Part shown: piece by piece, positions 1 to 10,603 of the stretch
Layout: each line of letters starts with the position of its first letter
Position numbering within the stretch: position 1 is the first letter of the stretch
NCBI GenBank assembly: GCA_002811645.1
Contig: PDIP01000009.1
Coordinates: 68,214 to 132,213 of the forward strand
Direction: 5' to 3'
DNA: 64,000 bases
Source: Corallochytrium limacisporum Hawaii
Taxonomy: Eukaryota; Protista; Pluriformea
Made by a program: the position numbers and the translations under genes
The notes under the pieces: generated by a model
What the model was told of the DNA's origin: nothing
Database searches by the model: none
The model's input: the letters and a program-made list of their open reading frames with translations, nothing else

Positions 1-3000
1 GTTTAGTCACCGTAGCAGAGTCATCCGTGCTCTTCAGATAATGACCGGTGACATGGTCTAATCCAACTCTCATGTTCACATTGGCTGTCGTGAAGCTATA
101 CATCAAAGACTCCACTTCCAGGGTGACCGAGAAACGTGAACGGAGGGTTCGTTGTCCCCGCAGATCCTTCTCTACGCTCGGTGCTGGAGCATGAACAGGA
201 GCTGCCTGTTTACTTGATTTCCTCGGATGGTCATCACCAGCAACTGCTCTAATATCATCCAAGAGAGGTAACACCGCAAGGTACAGAATCTTGGCATTCT
301 CCAAAGAATTTGTGGCGTTGATCTTTGGACATGAAATCGTCATGAACCCCTCATCACCACGTTTCATTGAGATGGCTCTCTGCATAATGCCATGAATTGA
401 TGGTAAGGGCAGCACAACATCATCAAGTTCCACCCCGCTATCCATGGTGAAGGCGTCCTCGGATTCCAAGTCAAGGTCAATCGCCTCATCAAGCATCACA
501 TTGGAGATAACTTGCACGCTATGAGAGGCCAGATTGAACCAGAGCGCCTCGGAGGTATGTACATCACCAGCCCAGTACCTGAATTCTTCTGCTTTATATC
601 GAATGAGCAAAGGACAACGGGACCCAATCTCGATATTTAAGGCATGGAAGACAAGATTCCGGACGGTCACAGAGGGCATATTCTGTTTTGGCTCTGGCAT
701 ACTCTGTGGCTGAGACGCGGATTGACTGTCTACAGGTACCTCCGACTGTGCTTTCTTTGGCAGATCGCTCGCTCCGAGAGCTGACCGAATGGATTCTACG
801 GCATTATATCCATGATGAACCTCTTGAATTCCGTACGGCACATCAATGTCTAGACCTAAGCAACTCATCAACTTGTATGCCTTTCTGGCACCCATATCCC
901 TGTGTACAAAGATCAAATCAGACAACGTTGCCATAAACACTATCGTCCACTGCATGTCTGATTTGGTTTCGTCGACAAGCTTGTCAGCAACACCACCTCG
1001 CCGCACTAGTTTGTCGCTGATCATAAAAGTAATCTGCAGACGTGGAACAGAGAAGTAGACCATGAGACGGCCATGTGATCCTCCAATGGAACAATTCAGA
1101 TATATGCTACGAGTGATCAGATGCATCAGCGCAGTACGGTACCGGTGTGACAGCTGAATGCAAGATATGGCAACGGAAACATCAATACACCAGCGACCTT
1201 TGTAAAGCTTGTCCAAAAGACCATCCTGGTCTTCCGCCTTTTTCCAAGTCTGGCCTGCCGTGGATTTTTGCTTTTGTTTATGCTTCGAGAGCTGGCCGGT
1301 CACCGAGGTTGAGACTTTGAGCAGTGCCGATAGAGACCTCAAACTGATCCCTCCACATGCAGCAGTTACAACACCCTTACCACCGATTCCCTCCGAGCTA
1401 ATGCTCCGGAACTTCGTTCCCTTGCCTCTACAAGTAACATAATCAACTGCAACCAACGGCTTGCGAAGGCCTTTCTTGCTGATTGTAACAGCTGTAAGGC
1501 TCCCAAGGTTGCAATCAAGTGAGTAAGTCTTCGTTGATTTTCCATGGTGAGGATAGTGCTCAGCGATCAGTCGTTGACCAGTGAATATGTCACTGATCAT
1601 TGACACAGTCTGGATCTCTTCGTAGTCTGCAAAATTTGCGTTGTACCAGCCCTCCAGGGTACTATCAAAATGGAGCCTTGTGATGTCCACGTGCTCATCT
1701 TCAAAGGTTTGTCGAGCCGGGACGCGCTTCTCTGACACTGTTAAGTTGTCAGCAACAGAAGTCTGTAGGAAAAGAGCAATAATCCAATTGGGATCCGAAC
1801 GACATTCTGTCAAGAAATCCACATCAGCATCTCTGACCTCCGCCCAGCCAGATGCATCCAATGTTTCTACATAGTTTGCGCCGTGATAAAAGAGTCGGCG
1901 ATGGATGGACTGCATCTCTTCGTGCATTTCTTTGGACTTGGTCACAATGGTGGCAATTGCATCCTGCCAAGCCATCACAGCATCCACCAATGGTTCGATT
2001 TGCCCAGAAGAGGGCGTACGGAGCCGCACTTCCGGAATTTCTATCTTGTACTCTTCGTTGAATTTGGCCTCACCCTTGACCAATTTTACATTAATGAGGT
2101 CAATCTCCGCATTCTGTTTTGCTCCAGTGACAGCATCAACAGCACGCACCTGAACACGACCGACTTGAAGGTACGAGAAGTCAATAAGGCGACGGGTGCC
2201 ATACTTCCACGGGCCCTTTTCAGAGAATTGGTCTCCAACAATAACACCGCCTTCCAAGAGAGGCCTTTCAATGTACAATTCACCGCCTTCTTGTGTTTTC
2301 GCGTCGAGTCCAATGTTAAACAGAGAAACTTTGAACAGGAGAGAGCAGGGCTCACCGTGATTCTGTGAAGCCGACGCATATGAGGTATCATCTCGGCTAG
2401 ATCGAGGCTGAGATTCTTCGTCTAGTACACCAGTTGAACCGATAGGGTCCAGATCTTCCCTCCTGTCAGGGTCAACAACGGAGTGTGCAGTCATAAGGCC
2501 GACAGTGATACCCTCTATACGGATTTGGAGGCGTCTCTCAGGAAGTAAATCAAGGTTTCCTTTCTTCCTCGCCACATACTTCCGGCGGACACTGTCCATA
2601 ATTTTCAAGGCTGTCCGTGACTTGCCTTCCACAAGACTGGTACCGATGCTTGCAAGCTCAACCAGGGACTCTGGGATAAAGAAAGCAACGATGTTGCCCT
2701 TGAGAAGAATACATGAAGCAGTGTTAACCGTGTCAAGGGGACAAAGCTCAGGTACGGCATTTTTTGTTGACCGATTATCTCTAATGGCCTCATCCACCAT
2801 GGCCTTGAAGAGTTCTGGTGCTCGTCCAGTTCTAAAGCTTGAAGACGCTGACATGGTTGAAATCCCATCCACAATAGAGTCCATGTTCGGATTCTCGATG
2901 AGAAGCTGGTACACAGCAAGACTGCTGTACTCGTGAACGGCGAAGAAATTTTCTGTGAAGCTGTCAAGGTTACTTGCCCATGCCTTCCGCTTTGACGACA

Positions 3001-6000
3001 TAGTGGCGTTTGTGTCCTCATACTGGTACTCATTGAAGACGTCGCCGAAATCAAGTCCCTCGTCATCCACAGCCTTTGGTACCTGCACATCCAACTCCTC
3101 CATATTTTCTGCGGCATCTTGAAATTCGCTACTCTCAAACCGCTGGAGTTCATCAATGCTAGAAGCCGCAGAATGGAAGCTGTCGACATCTTCATGAATA
3201 CTTGATATTCTTCGCTTAGGCAATTGGTTGGCAAACCAGTCTTCACCATTCTCATCTCCATCTTCTTCAGAAACTACTCCATGTTTGTCATCGTGGATAC
3301 TTGCAGAGTCTTCGGCATCCTCTACGTCAATTCTGTCGATAGCTGCCATGACCTCAGCTGGATTGTATGTTGACCGCCGAGAATGCGTTGTTCGCCATTC
3401 TGACCCTTGTTCCTCTGGTTCCAGTCCTCCTTGCACGATACCACTGACTCCGTCCTGGCTTCGCCACCGGCCCATTGCAAATGAATGCAGGTCAGTCTTA
3501 AGATGAGAGCCAGACTTCAACTTTTCTCGTCTTTCAAGCACTTCCTGCATGACCCGATTGTCGTCATAGATGTTGAGAGGCAACAGCTGTTGATGCCAGT
3601 CCTGATTGAACAGGAAGTCCAATTGGTTGTCAATGATTCGCTCATCTTCGTCTGTCATCGATGCGCTGTGATACTGAACATGTGGAATGTGTATACGTGC
3701 AGTCTCTGTCATCCAAGAGCCGTCAATCCATTCTCCGTTCACGTCCTGTCCAAACAGATCCTTGTTGAGCACGGATTGTCGTAATACGCTGATGTTGGCC
3801 CCTCTAAGGTCCAAAACTGAACGCTCATCTGCAGTGGGAGTCTTTAAGGTGGTAGACTCCTGGGTAATCGGCTGCGTCACGCTCACAACCACTGCTGCGA
3901 TCTCATCTTTCAAAACCAGGTTTACTGACGCAAACTCCATATTACACGTGTTCAACGACAAGGTGTGATAGTCCGTCACATCAATCAATGGCGTGTTTTC
4001 TTCGTCACTCAAGTAGAATCTCACACTATCTGCCCAGTCCAAGAGCCCACAGAGTTGATCGAGGGTCATGCATCCTATGACATCCCCCACAAAAACTTTT
4101 CTTGAGCAGGCATACGACAGATAATTAGGTTTTGGTCCGTAATTGTAAATCTGTGTCAGGGAGAAGCTTTCAAGGCCACACTCACCAGAATTCACGTATC
4201 GACCCCATGAAACTGCCATGGGAGAAGTGTTCACAATCAGTTCCATACCTTTGAGATCTGCTCTCATTCCGACAGAAATATCATTAACTGCCAAAAAGGG
4301 GCCAACTTTAGACATCGTTTCCGTGTGATGGTCAACAAGATAGATCGTGTTGTTCTTGGCATTTAGCCTCACATCAATTTCCATGTCTGGCCCCTGATGG
4401 TCAATAAGTATCGCAGGGTCAAGTATCTTTTCCTGACGAATTTCAGCTCTCAGCGCCGGATCTGTCAAGACGGATCGCTCACTGGAAAAATAGTTTGCAA
4501 CAAAGGCAAGGAAGATCCTCAGCGCTGTGCCATCGAGCCAAAACTCCGCCCCGACGAACGTCATGGTGTTTCGGAAGCAGTCCCGTGCTTCCACAGAGTC
4601 GTCCAGCTGCTGGTAGAAGTAATCAAACTCGAATCTGAAGGTTTGTAGGGTCCAGAATGTGACATAGTCCTTGTCATCATTACGTCTCAAGAATCCTTCG
4701 GAGTGCCACTCTGGTAGAATGTACGACAGTGCAGAATTTGGCGCATTGATCACAATGTTGTAATTGTCCTCAATGGGATGGAATGTCTTAAAAGGAACCA
4801 CCGCATTTACCGTGAGCACGTCACCCGTCATGATCAGAGTCGTATTATCCCTATCATCCTCTGGATTTGGCATGATGTTGGCAGTATTGCAGTACGTACG
4901 GAAACGATAGCTGTTGCACTTGATCTTGACCTTATAGACCAGTGGCATAAAATATGCAGCACATCCATTGTCTGGTACGGAAAAATCGAAACCAAGCGCG
5001 GTGAAGAAATCGGCTTGGTCTCTGACAAAGTATATATCCGGATCCATCACCGTGATATTGAAATCCCATTTGGCGCATGTCTTCCACAGCCGACCATTGA
5101 ACATGCTTGACTCTACGAGAAGATAAGATGTGTTCACAAGCCTCGTGAAAGGTAACGTCGTTCGAAGATCAACGTTGTGAAGATCGAGACGAAGGTCCGC
5201 AGTGTATCCCTCGTTTGTGATGACATATGGCATTGTGTAGCTCATTGTCGAAGCAGCTTCTGCGAAGATGAAGAAACAATCTTTTGCTTCTGCAAATTCT
5301 TGTGGGATGGAGGCAAAGATGGGATCGTCGATGAGTTCTCCGCGTGGTTGCTCCGCGTGGTTGACGGTATAGCCAGAAAAAGGGACTCGAACGGTGGCGC
5401 CGCCATCAAAATTCACATGAAAAGCCATCCCATCTGGACTTCGGTAGGCCCCAACCCGCTTAGGTGGCGTTGGGGCATAATCTTCATAGGCCCAAGGCAT
5501 CATGAATGATTGGATTTTGTATCGATGATGATCTATAACTGATCCATACATGATGTTCACATTATGAGGACAGGTGATGGACACTTCCGCTGCGGGTTGC
5601 TGAGGATCCCCTAGACTCTCTTCCGTGTTAAGTCCTGGTTTGTCTTTCAAAACTGTGATTTCCATTTCCTCCGTCTCAATCAGGTCGATGCTGGGTTCCG
5701 TAGTTTTGACTTGATACCTTCGACGCGTGCCTCCAGACAAAAATTCATTGTTAACTATGAACTTAACACATGGTTTTGACAATTTAAGCTTCATGATCAC
5801 CCGATACACGTCAAATTTACATTCGGTGTTTGTGGCGCCGAAGTACCCGAGAGCTTCATCAAAGAAAACTGCTGCTTTGACTTTGAGCACATTGTTCCCG
5901 ATGATCGAGCAACCGTTTCGAACATGAATGCCAATGGATGGCAATATCCTTGCCCAGTATGGATATTCATGTCTGAAATCTTCCACCAGCGGCTCTTGGG

Positions 6001-6466
6001 TCTCTTCGGTATCTGCGCCAGTCTCCCGTCTACGTTTATGTAATTCATCAACGTATTCATATGCGGCTGTACGATTGAACATGTAGTGCTCCAGACCAAC
6101 AAGGTGTAGTTTTGCCCGGTGTGGTTTCTGGAGCTCTTCTTCATTCCCGACACTCATGCACACATGTCTGTACCAATATTTTATGCTCAGATAGCCGCTG
6201 TAGATTCGTATTGACTGGTCTGAGTCAAAGTATTGCAAGTCTTGAAACATGATTTTGCCTCCCATTAGTGATATTACGAAAGATCCAATTGATAGTTTTA
6301 AATTTTGATCCTTCGTATAAAATCTCAATGTCGTTGTGATAACGAAACCCACAAACTTGGAGTTCAACACAACCAAGTAAATAAGGAGGAAGGCACCCAC
6401 GATAATTGTACCAATGACGAGCGGAACATCCGCGTCCTCCACATCCCTTGGGGGCGTGTCAGCCAT
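1..6466 (-). CDS. BLTP1: Bridge-like lipid transfer protein 1 (KIAA1109/Tweek/Csf1 family), 5' part; 3' end lies beyond the left edge of the window
   Basis: Manual translation from the ATG at 6466 (in-frame TAG 33 nt upstream): MADTPPRDVEDADVPLVIGTIIVGAFLLIYLVVLNSKFVGFVITTTLRFYTKDQNLKLSIGSFVISLMGGKIMFQDLQYFDSDQSIRIYSGYLSIKYWYRH. This is an N-terminal TM helix followed by the GSF.(I/F)S...GK.M......D.SIRI..G......W signature of the KIAA1109/Csf1 N-terminus. The frame was open at every spot check down to position 2 (>2150 codons). The ORF track lists nothing in this frame, consistent with no stop inside the window. Confidence 0.9.
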   Translation of the reverse strand, partial: MADTPPRDVEDADVPLVIGTIIVGAFLLIYLVVLNSKFVGFVITTTLRFYTKDQNLKLSIGSFVISLMGGKIMFQDLQYFDSDQSIRIYSGYLSIKYWYRHVCMSVGNEEELQKPHRAKLHLVGLEHYMFNRTAAYEYVDELHKRRRETGADTEETQEPLVEDFRHEYPYWARILPSIGIHVRNGCSIIGNNVLKVKAAVFFDEALGYFGATNTECKFDVYRVIMKLKLSKPCVKFIVNNEFLSGGTRRRYQVKTTEPSIDLIETEEMEITVLKDKPGLNTEESLGDPQQPAAEVSITCPHNVNIMYGSVIDHHRYKIQSFMMPWAYEDYAPTPPKRVGAYRSPDGMAFHVNFDGGATVRVPFSGYTVNHAEQPRGELIDDPIFASIPQEFAEAKDCFFIFAEAASTMSYTMPYVITNEGYTADLRLDLHNVDLRTTLPFTRLVNTSYLLVESSMFNGRLWKTCAKWDFNITVMDPDIYFVRDQADFFTALGFDFSVPDNGCAAYFMPLVYKVKIKCNSYRFRTYCNTANIMPNPEDDRDNTTLIMTGDVLTVNAVVPFKTFHPIEDNYNIVINAPNSALSYILPEWHSEGFLRRNDDKDYVTFWTLQTFRFEFDYFYQQLDDSVEARDCFRNTMTFVGAEFWLDGTALRIFLAFVANYFSSERSVLTDPALRAEIRQEKILDPAILIDHQGPDMEIDVRLNAKNNTIYLVDHHTETMSKVGPFLAVNDISVGMRADLKGMELIVNTSPMAVSWGRYVNSGECGLESFSLTQIYNYGPKPNYLSYACSRKVFVGDVIGCMTLDQLCGLLDWADSVRFYLSDEENTPLIDVTDYHTLSLNTCNMEFASVNLVLKDEIAAVVVSVTQPITQESTTLKTPTADERSVLDLRGANISVLRQSVLNKDLFGQDVNGEWIDGSWMTETARIHIPHVQYHSASMTDEDERIIDNQLDFLFNQDWHQQLLPLNIYDDNRVMQEVLERREKLKSGSHLKTDLHSFAMGRWRSQDGVSGIVQGGLEPEEQGSEWRTTHSRRSTYNPAEVMAAIDRIDVEDAEDSASIHDDKHGVVSEEDGDENGEDWFANQLPKRRISSIHEDVDSFHSAASSIDELQRFESSEFQDAAENMEELDVQVPKAVDDEGLDFGDVFNEYQYEDTNATMSSKRKAWASNLDSFTENFFAVHEYSSLAVYQLLIENPNMDSIVDGISTMSASSSFRTGRAPELFKAMVDEAIRDNRSTKNAVPELCPLDTVNTASCILLKGNIVAFFIPESLVELASIGTSLVEGKSRTALKIMDSVRRKYVARKKGNLDLLPERRLQIRIEGITVGLMTAHSVVDPDRREDLDPIGSTGVLDEESQPRSSRDDTSYASASQNHGEPCSLLFKVSLFNIGLDAKTQEGGELYIERPLLEGGVIVGDQFSEKGPWKYGTRRLIDFSYLQVGRVQVRAVDAVTGAKQNAEIDLINVKLVKGEAKFNEEYKIEIPEVRLRTPSSGQIEPLVDAVMAWQDAIATIVTKSKEMHEEMQSIHRRLFYHGANYVETLDASGWAEVRDADVDFLTECRSDPNWIIALFLQTSVADNLTVSEKRVPARQTFEDEHVDITRLHFDSTLEGWYNANFADYEEIQTVSMISDIFTGQRLIAEHYPHHGKSTKTYSLDCNLGSLTAVTISKKGLRKPLVAVDYVTCRGKGTKFRSISSEGIGGKGVVTAACGGISLRSLSALLKVSTSVTGQLSKHKQKQKSTAGQTWKKAEDQDGLLDKLYKGRWCIDVSVAISCIQLSHRYRTALMHLITRSIYLNCSIGGSHGRLMVYFSVPRLQITFMISDKLVRRGGVADKLVDETKSDMQWTIVFMATLSDLIFVHRDMGARKAYKLMSCLGLDIDVPYGIQEVHHGYNAVESIRSALGASDLPKKAQSEVPVDSQSASQPQSMPEPKQNMPSVTVRNLVFHALNIEIGSRCPLLIRYKAEEFRYWAGDVHTSEALWFNLASHSVQVISNVMLDEAIDLDLESEDAFTMDSGVELDDVVLPLPSIHGIMQRAISMKRGDEGFMTISCPKINATNSLENAKILYLAVLPLLDDIRAVAGDDHPRKSSKQAAPVHAPAPSVEKDLRGQRTLRSRFSVTLEVESLMYSFTTANVNMRVGLDHVTGHYLKSTDDSATVTK

Positions 6467-6555
6467 GTTGGGACAAAGTACAGGACTTCGGCCTTGCTAC
6501 GTTCCCAATGATTCACGTCATTCCATCCAAGTTCATTTTGATATGAGTGGTATCT

Positions 6556-6603
6556 CGTTGTGACAAAGTGGCTGTTCTGCGTTGTGACAAAGTGGCTGTT
6601 CTA
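6556..6603. repeat. 24-bp tandem duplication upstream of BLTP1
   Basis: cgttgtgacaaagtggctgttctg (6556-6579) followed by cgttgtgacaaagtggctgttcta (6580-6603). Confidence 0.95.
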
Positions 6604-8866
6604 CCGCAGAACCAGTGCGACAGACGTCTATATAACGATGACAGCATCGTTAGCAAAACCTTTAATCACATGCGCAGAGTATGACTTGTACCTCGTAGAA
6701 ACAATAACATTCGTGTGTAGTTTGGCTTCTCCGCTCACACGCCAGTCCAGACTGTTGCCAACCCCCCGATGCACTGGAAGATCAGACCATCTTGCCAATG
6801 TATGCGAGACCCGCCGGGCCCTCTCAGTATAGAGTGTCCTACTCGCGCTGTCACAGGCGAGCCTCGCCTCCCGTCTTTCCCGCTTGGTCGCCCTCTCTAC
6901 TCTTTCAATTCCGGTCCCGCCACCCGAGGCGTCTAGATCCCCCCGGGGCAGCCCGCCTTCGGGGCTCCCGGGGAGGGGAGGAGGGCTGTGACGATGAAGC
7001 GGAGAGGGAACAACGGCAAGAAATGAAGATTCTGGGGCCTATTTTGGCCATTTGCACCGCAAGTCCGTACTCTGTGTGGCCGGGCTACAAAGAGCGTAGC
7101 GCTCTGCTCGTTCGGATGTACGATCATTATATATAATACAAAAATATATAAATATAATATATACATAAAACATTTCTCAAAATTGCTCGTCCGACTGATC
7201 AGGGTGGTAAGATTAAACTAAATAAATAGAGAAAGAGGCCACCCAGCAGCACCTATTAGGGACACTCGACACTCAGTCAGGGCGGTTCACATTCTCTGAT
7301 GAAAAAACCCGCCTCTTCGTCAATGGTAGCGCAGAGAGAAGGCGAGCCTTAGAATCGCTCCAAACGGGCGACAAAACCACCGGTCATTGTCGTCAGTAGT
7401 GGTTTGGATGGGGCAGCCCTAAACCTGTGAAGACTTGACGAAATAGAAAGAAAGAAAAGTCAGAAAAATAGTCTTTGAACAGCGACTAACATTTCAAGGA
7501 ATGCTAAGTGACGAACTTCAGGTCCTATTGTGAGAGGAAGGAGGTGGGGATGGTACTTTCACTCTACAAAGGTTTTGTAATTGGTACGTTGCAACGACGG
7601 CACACCTGGGTAATACATACGGCGATATTGCTGACGGATGCGTGGTGGCTTAGCTTGGACGCCACCATTCTACAGCTTCGGTGATGAATCCCCCATCAAA
7701 GGAAATAAGAGGATTTCTTCCACAATAAAGCAAAACACCGACCCCAGCATCAGACGGATTAATCGTTTGCTCTGACTGGCACTAGTTTGCAGGGACAGGC
7801 CTTGCCTGCCTTGTCATTTGTTGCTCGCCACACGATCGAAGCCGCTGTTTCATGTGACTCGAAAGAGGCCCCCAATGTGACCAATCAGAGGCCACTACGT
7901 ATCACAGCGTTTCAGAACTTTGGAAACAGTGCGTCCATGCCCTCCATTGCGTTCAGTATTTGACAGTACGAGCGCGAAAACTGAAGGAATGTCAACACCA
8001 ACCGCATAGCTCTCGTGCTGAACAGATGTTGTAAGTCTTGCTAGACATGCACGTCGGAGTCGAGTTCCCGCAAGTATGTTAGCGTACGAGTACTGTGCTC
8101 GGCTTGCTGCGCCCTAAGCCATGCTATGCCGGTAATGCATATCTTGCTGCATCTAAACAAGTGTTGCTCAACTTTGCTGACCCGAAGGTTTTCTAACATA
8201 GGTTAGGAACAGCACAGTACAGCAGCTATCCCCGGCACAAAGGTGAAGAAAAACGTTAAGCGCACCTCACTCTAAATCCCTGTACATTTTGCAAGTGCCC
8301 AACTACCAGTTCTGCAAGTACAGTACCAGTTCTTTCTGGGAACGGTGGGGTTATGCAGAACAGGGATAACATTGAATGGGGCTCGACTGGGGCTACGGAA
8401 GCCAACCGGTACCCTCAGTACCGGGGCAGACCCCAATCGGGATGTCGTGCGGGAGTATTGGTATTGAGAATGGGTGAGAGAGCCGGGGGAGGAGGAGAGG
8501 GGTTGGGGGAACGGGAGATTTGCTGAAAGTGTGTCCTGCTGGGCGGGGCTCCCTTTTTTTTTCGGCCAAAAAGTGCCACCACCACAAGTGAGTCCTGTAC
8601 CAATGGTCTCACGGGCCCTCTGGAATTGCGTGGTACAGACGGGGTGTGTCTCGGTGTCTGGTATTTTGGGTGGTGTGGTTAGCAAACGCTTCTGACCATG
8701 AACACAGAAATAATGAATTATTAGAATCTGAAAGCCCAGGGCTTGGGAGAACGGGTTACTAATTTTTTTTAAAAGAGATAATGGACTGAATTGGTGAGGA
8801 ATCGACGACAGCCACTTTGACGCAAACATGACTTGATTGGTACCAGCACAGAATGTCACTTTCATT

Positions 8867-10534
8867 ATGATAGAGACAGCCAAGAAAACCGACATGCCGG
8901 ACACATCACACGTTATCGGAAATATCGATGACACCCAAGGGTTTCTATCGCCCGTGCGGGTCATGAACAAAGACTCTCGGGAACAGGCAATCCAGCGCCT
9001 GTGTGCGCAGATTATGGATGTAGCAAGGATTGCAGAGGTAGAAGGGCCGGAACGCAGTGCAGCTCTACGTATTTTAGAGGCCCACTTGCCAAGAATTCTC
9101 CACATGGCCAAGGAATGTCCGTTCAGTGACGTCCGCAGTGCTTGTGTCGGGCTATTGAGGACGCTCCGCAAGCATTACAGTGTACCGGTCCCCAAGACTT
9201 CAATACATTGTGTCTCCGTATTCATCGAAAAAAGCACCTTTGAAGCAGATGGAGGAACAAATCGGGCGGTCCTACAGGAAGCATTCTGTCACGATGGGCG
9301 GGTAAGTCACATGATACGATTAATGGGACAGTGCCCACAGTTTATTGCACCATTTTTGAGGTCTCAGCATTATGTTATGCGTGGAGATGGGCCGCTGCAA
9401 AGACCATACCGGTGTTACCTTGCCATCATGGCTGCTGCACGACATGATTGCCAGTATTTGATTGATATCTGGAGAGAGGAATTCACTGCGTGTGGTGGAA
9501 ATCGAGAGTGGCTGCAGGGGATTTCGAAAGCGCCAGTGAAGCTGCAGAGCTTTGCAAACATTGTTGCCTTACTCGCCCATCAGCCATGGCGGATGACAGT
9601 GGATGACATCAAGGCCATTGCCCGTGGAAAGGACTCCTGGTCAATTGGGGAGGTTGTGCATGCGATTACAATTATTGCCCACATCCATGCTCTGTCATCC
9701 TTCTGTCTTGGCCTTGGTGTGTCTCCGGAGATCGACAGTGCTCGTGGTCACTCCATGATGGCCCCAAGCGAGGCATCTACGGACTCTCCGACTATCACGA
9801 CCGAGAAAGATGTCTTCGACTTCAGTCCCACGATCCCAGAAGCGGAAGTGTATGGAGCAATCCTCAGTATGGGTGCCACAATTTCGGATGATCGTTTTGA
9901 CAAATTAGTTGATATCCTGAAGGAAGTGAATCTTGATGACGAAGATGTTGATGAGGATGCGAACGAAACTGCGTTTGAAGCAGCTGATATTGAGAATCCT
10001 GTGGATGAAAGCACCAAGTTCAATCTTCCCCAGTTCTGTCCTGAGACTGATATCAAGCATGAAGACTTTGACGTTGCCAATGACGAATATTCCATCTTTC
10101 GTGGACACGACTTTTCTTGGGAAGATCATGGTTTCAGTATTGTGAGTCGATTCTACCCGGACGCAGCTCCGCTGCTTGATGAAGAGTTCACGCAGGTCAC
10201 CAATATGACTGACCGTAGTATCGGGGACCGTTTCATTGACATTGACACTAGCCAATTCCGATGGGCTATTTGGTTCTACATTCATCGAATTTATGGGATT
10301 CTGCACGATGACTACAACTACCATATTGTTAATCAGATTTTGGAGAAAGATCTGAAGAAATTTATCAAGAAGGCGGTGTTCTACCCGGAAGCGGTAACAA
10401 AGGACGATTTCACAAAGGCTATGCGTGATTTCCGGGTCGCCGAAAGTGTTCACATAGTTGCACTGATATGTGATGCTAAAAAGGTCGCGGGAATGCTCTA
10501 TGGACTTGAACGAGTTATGCGTTACATGACCTAA
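8867..10534 (+). CDS. SESN: Sestrin (PA26 family)
   Basis: YLAIMAAARHDCQYL (active-site Cys region), LAHQPW, WSIGEVVHAI, DFSWEDHGFS, GILHDDYNY and C-terminal RYMT match animal sestrins. The ORF-track start at 8837 is TTG; the first ATG is at 8867 (8894 is an alternative). Confidence 0.95.
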   Translation: MIETAKKTDMPDTSHVIGNIDDTQGFLSPVRVMNKDSREQAIQRLCAQIMDVARIAEVEGPERSAALRILEAHLPRILHMAKECPFSDVRSACVGLLRTLRKHYSVPVPKTSIHCVSVFIEKSTFEADGGTNRAVLQEAFCHDGRVSHMIRLMGQCPQFIAPFLRSQHYVMRGDGPLQRPYRCYLAIMAAARHDCQYLIDIWREEFTACGGNREWLQGISKAPVKLQSFANIVALLAHQPWRMTVDDIKAIARGKDSWSIGEVVHAITIIAHIHALSSFCLGLGVSPEIDSARGHSMMAPSEASTDSPTITTEKDVFDFSPTIPEAEVYGAILSMGATISDDRFDKLVDILKEVNLDDEDVDEDANETAFEAADIENPVDESTKFNLPQFCPETDIKHEDFDVANDEYSIFRGHDFSWEDHGFSIVSRFYPDAAPLLDEEFTQVTNMTDRSIGDRFIDIDTSQFRWAIWFYIHRIYGILHDDYNYHIVNQILEKDLKKFIKKAVFYPEAVTKDDFTKAMRDFRVAESVHIVALICDAKKVAGMLYGLERVMRYMT

Positions 10535-10603
10535 ACTAGCTCTTGTTTACTTGTACAATAGTATATAAATGCATGGATTTAATATGCGAATTGTTTGCTT
10601 TCT

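Noticed and set aside
688-6511. Short ORFs overlapping the BLTP1 region, and similar antisense ORFs over other genes
   Set aside because: They are shadow ORFs of the long coding frames.
7681-7775. Possible C/D snoRNA (GTGATGA...CTGA) with weak complementarity to LSU rRNA
   Set aside because: There is no terminal stem or clear C'/D' boxes, and the guide pairing needs several G.U pairs next to the target.
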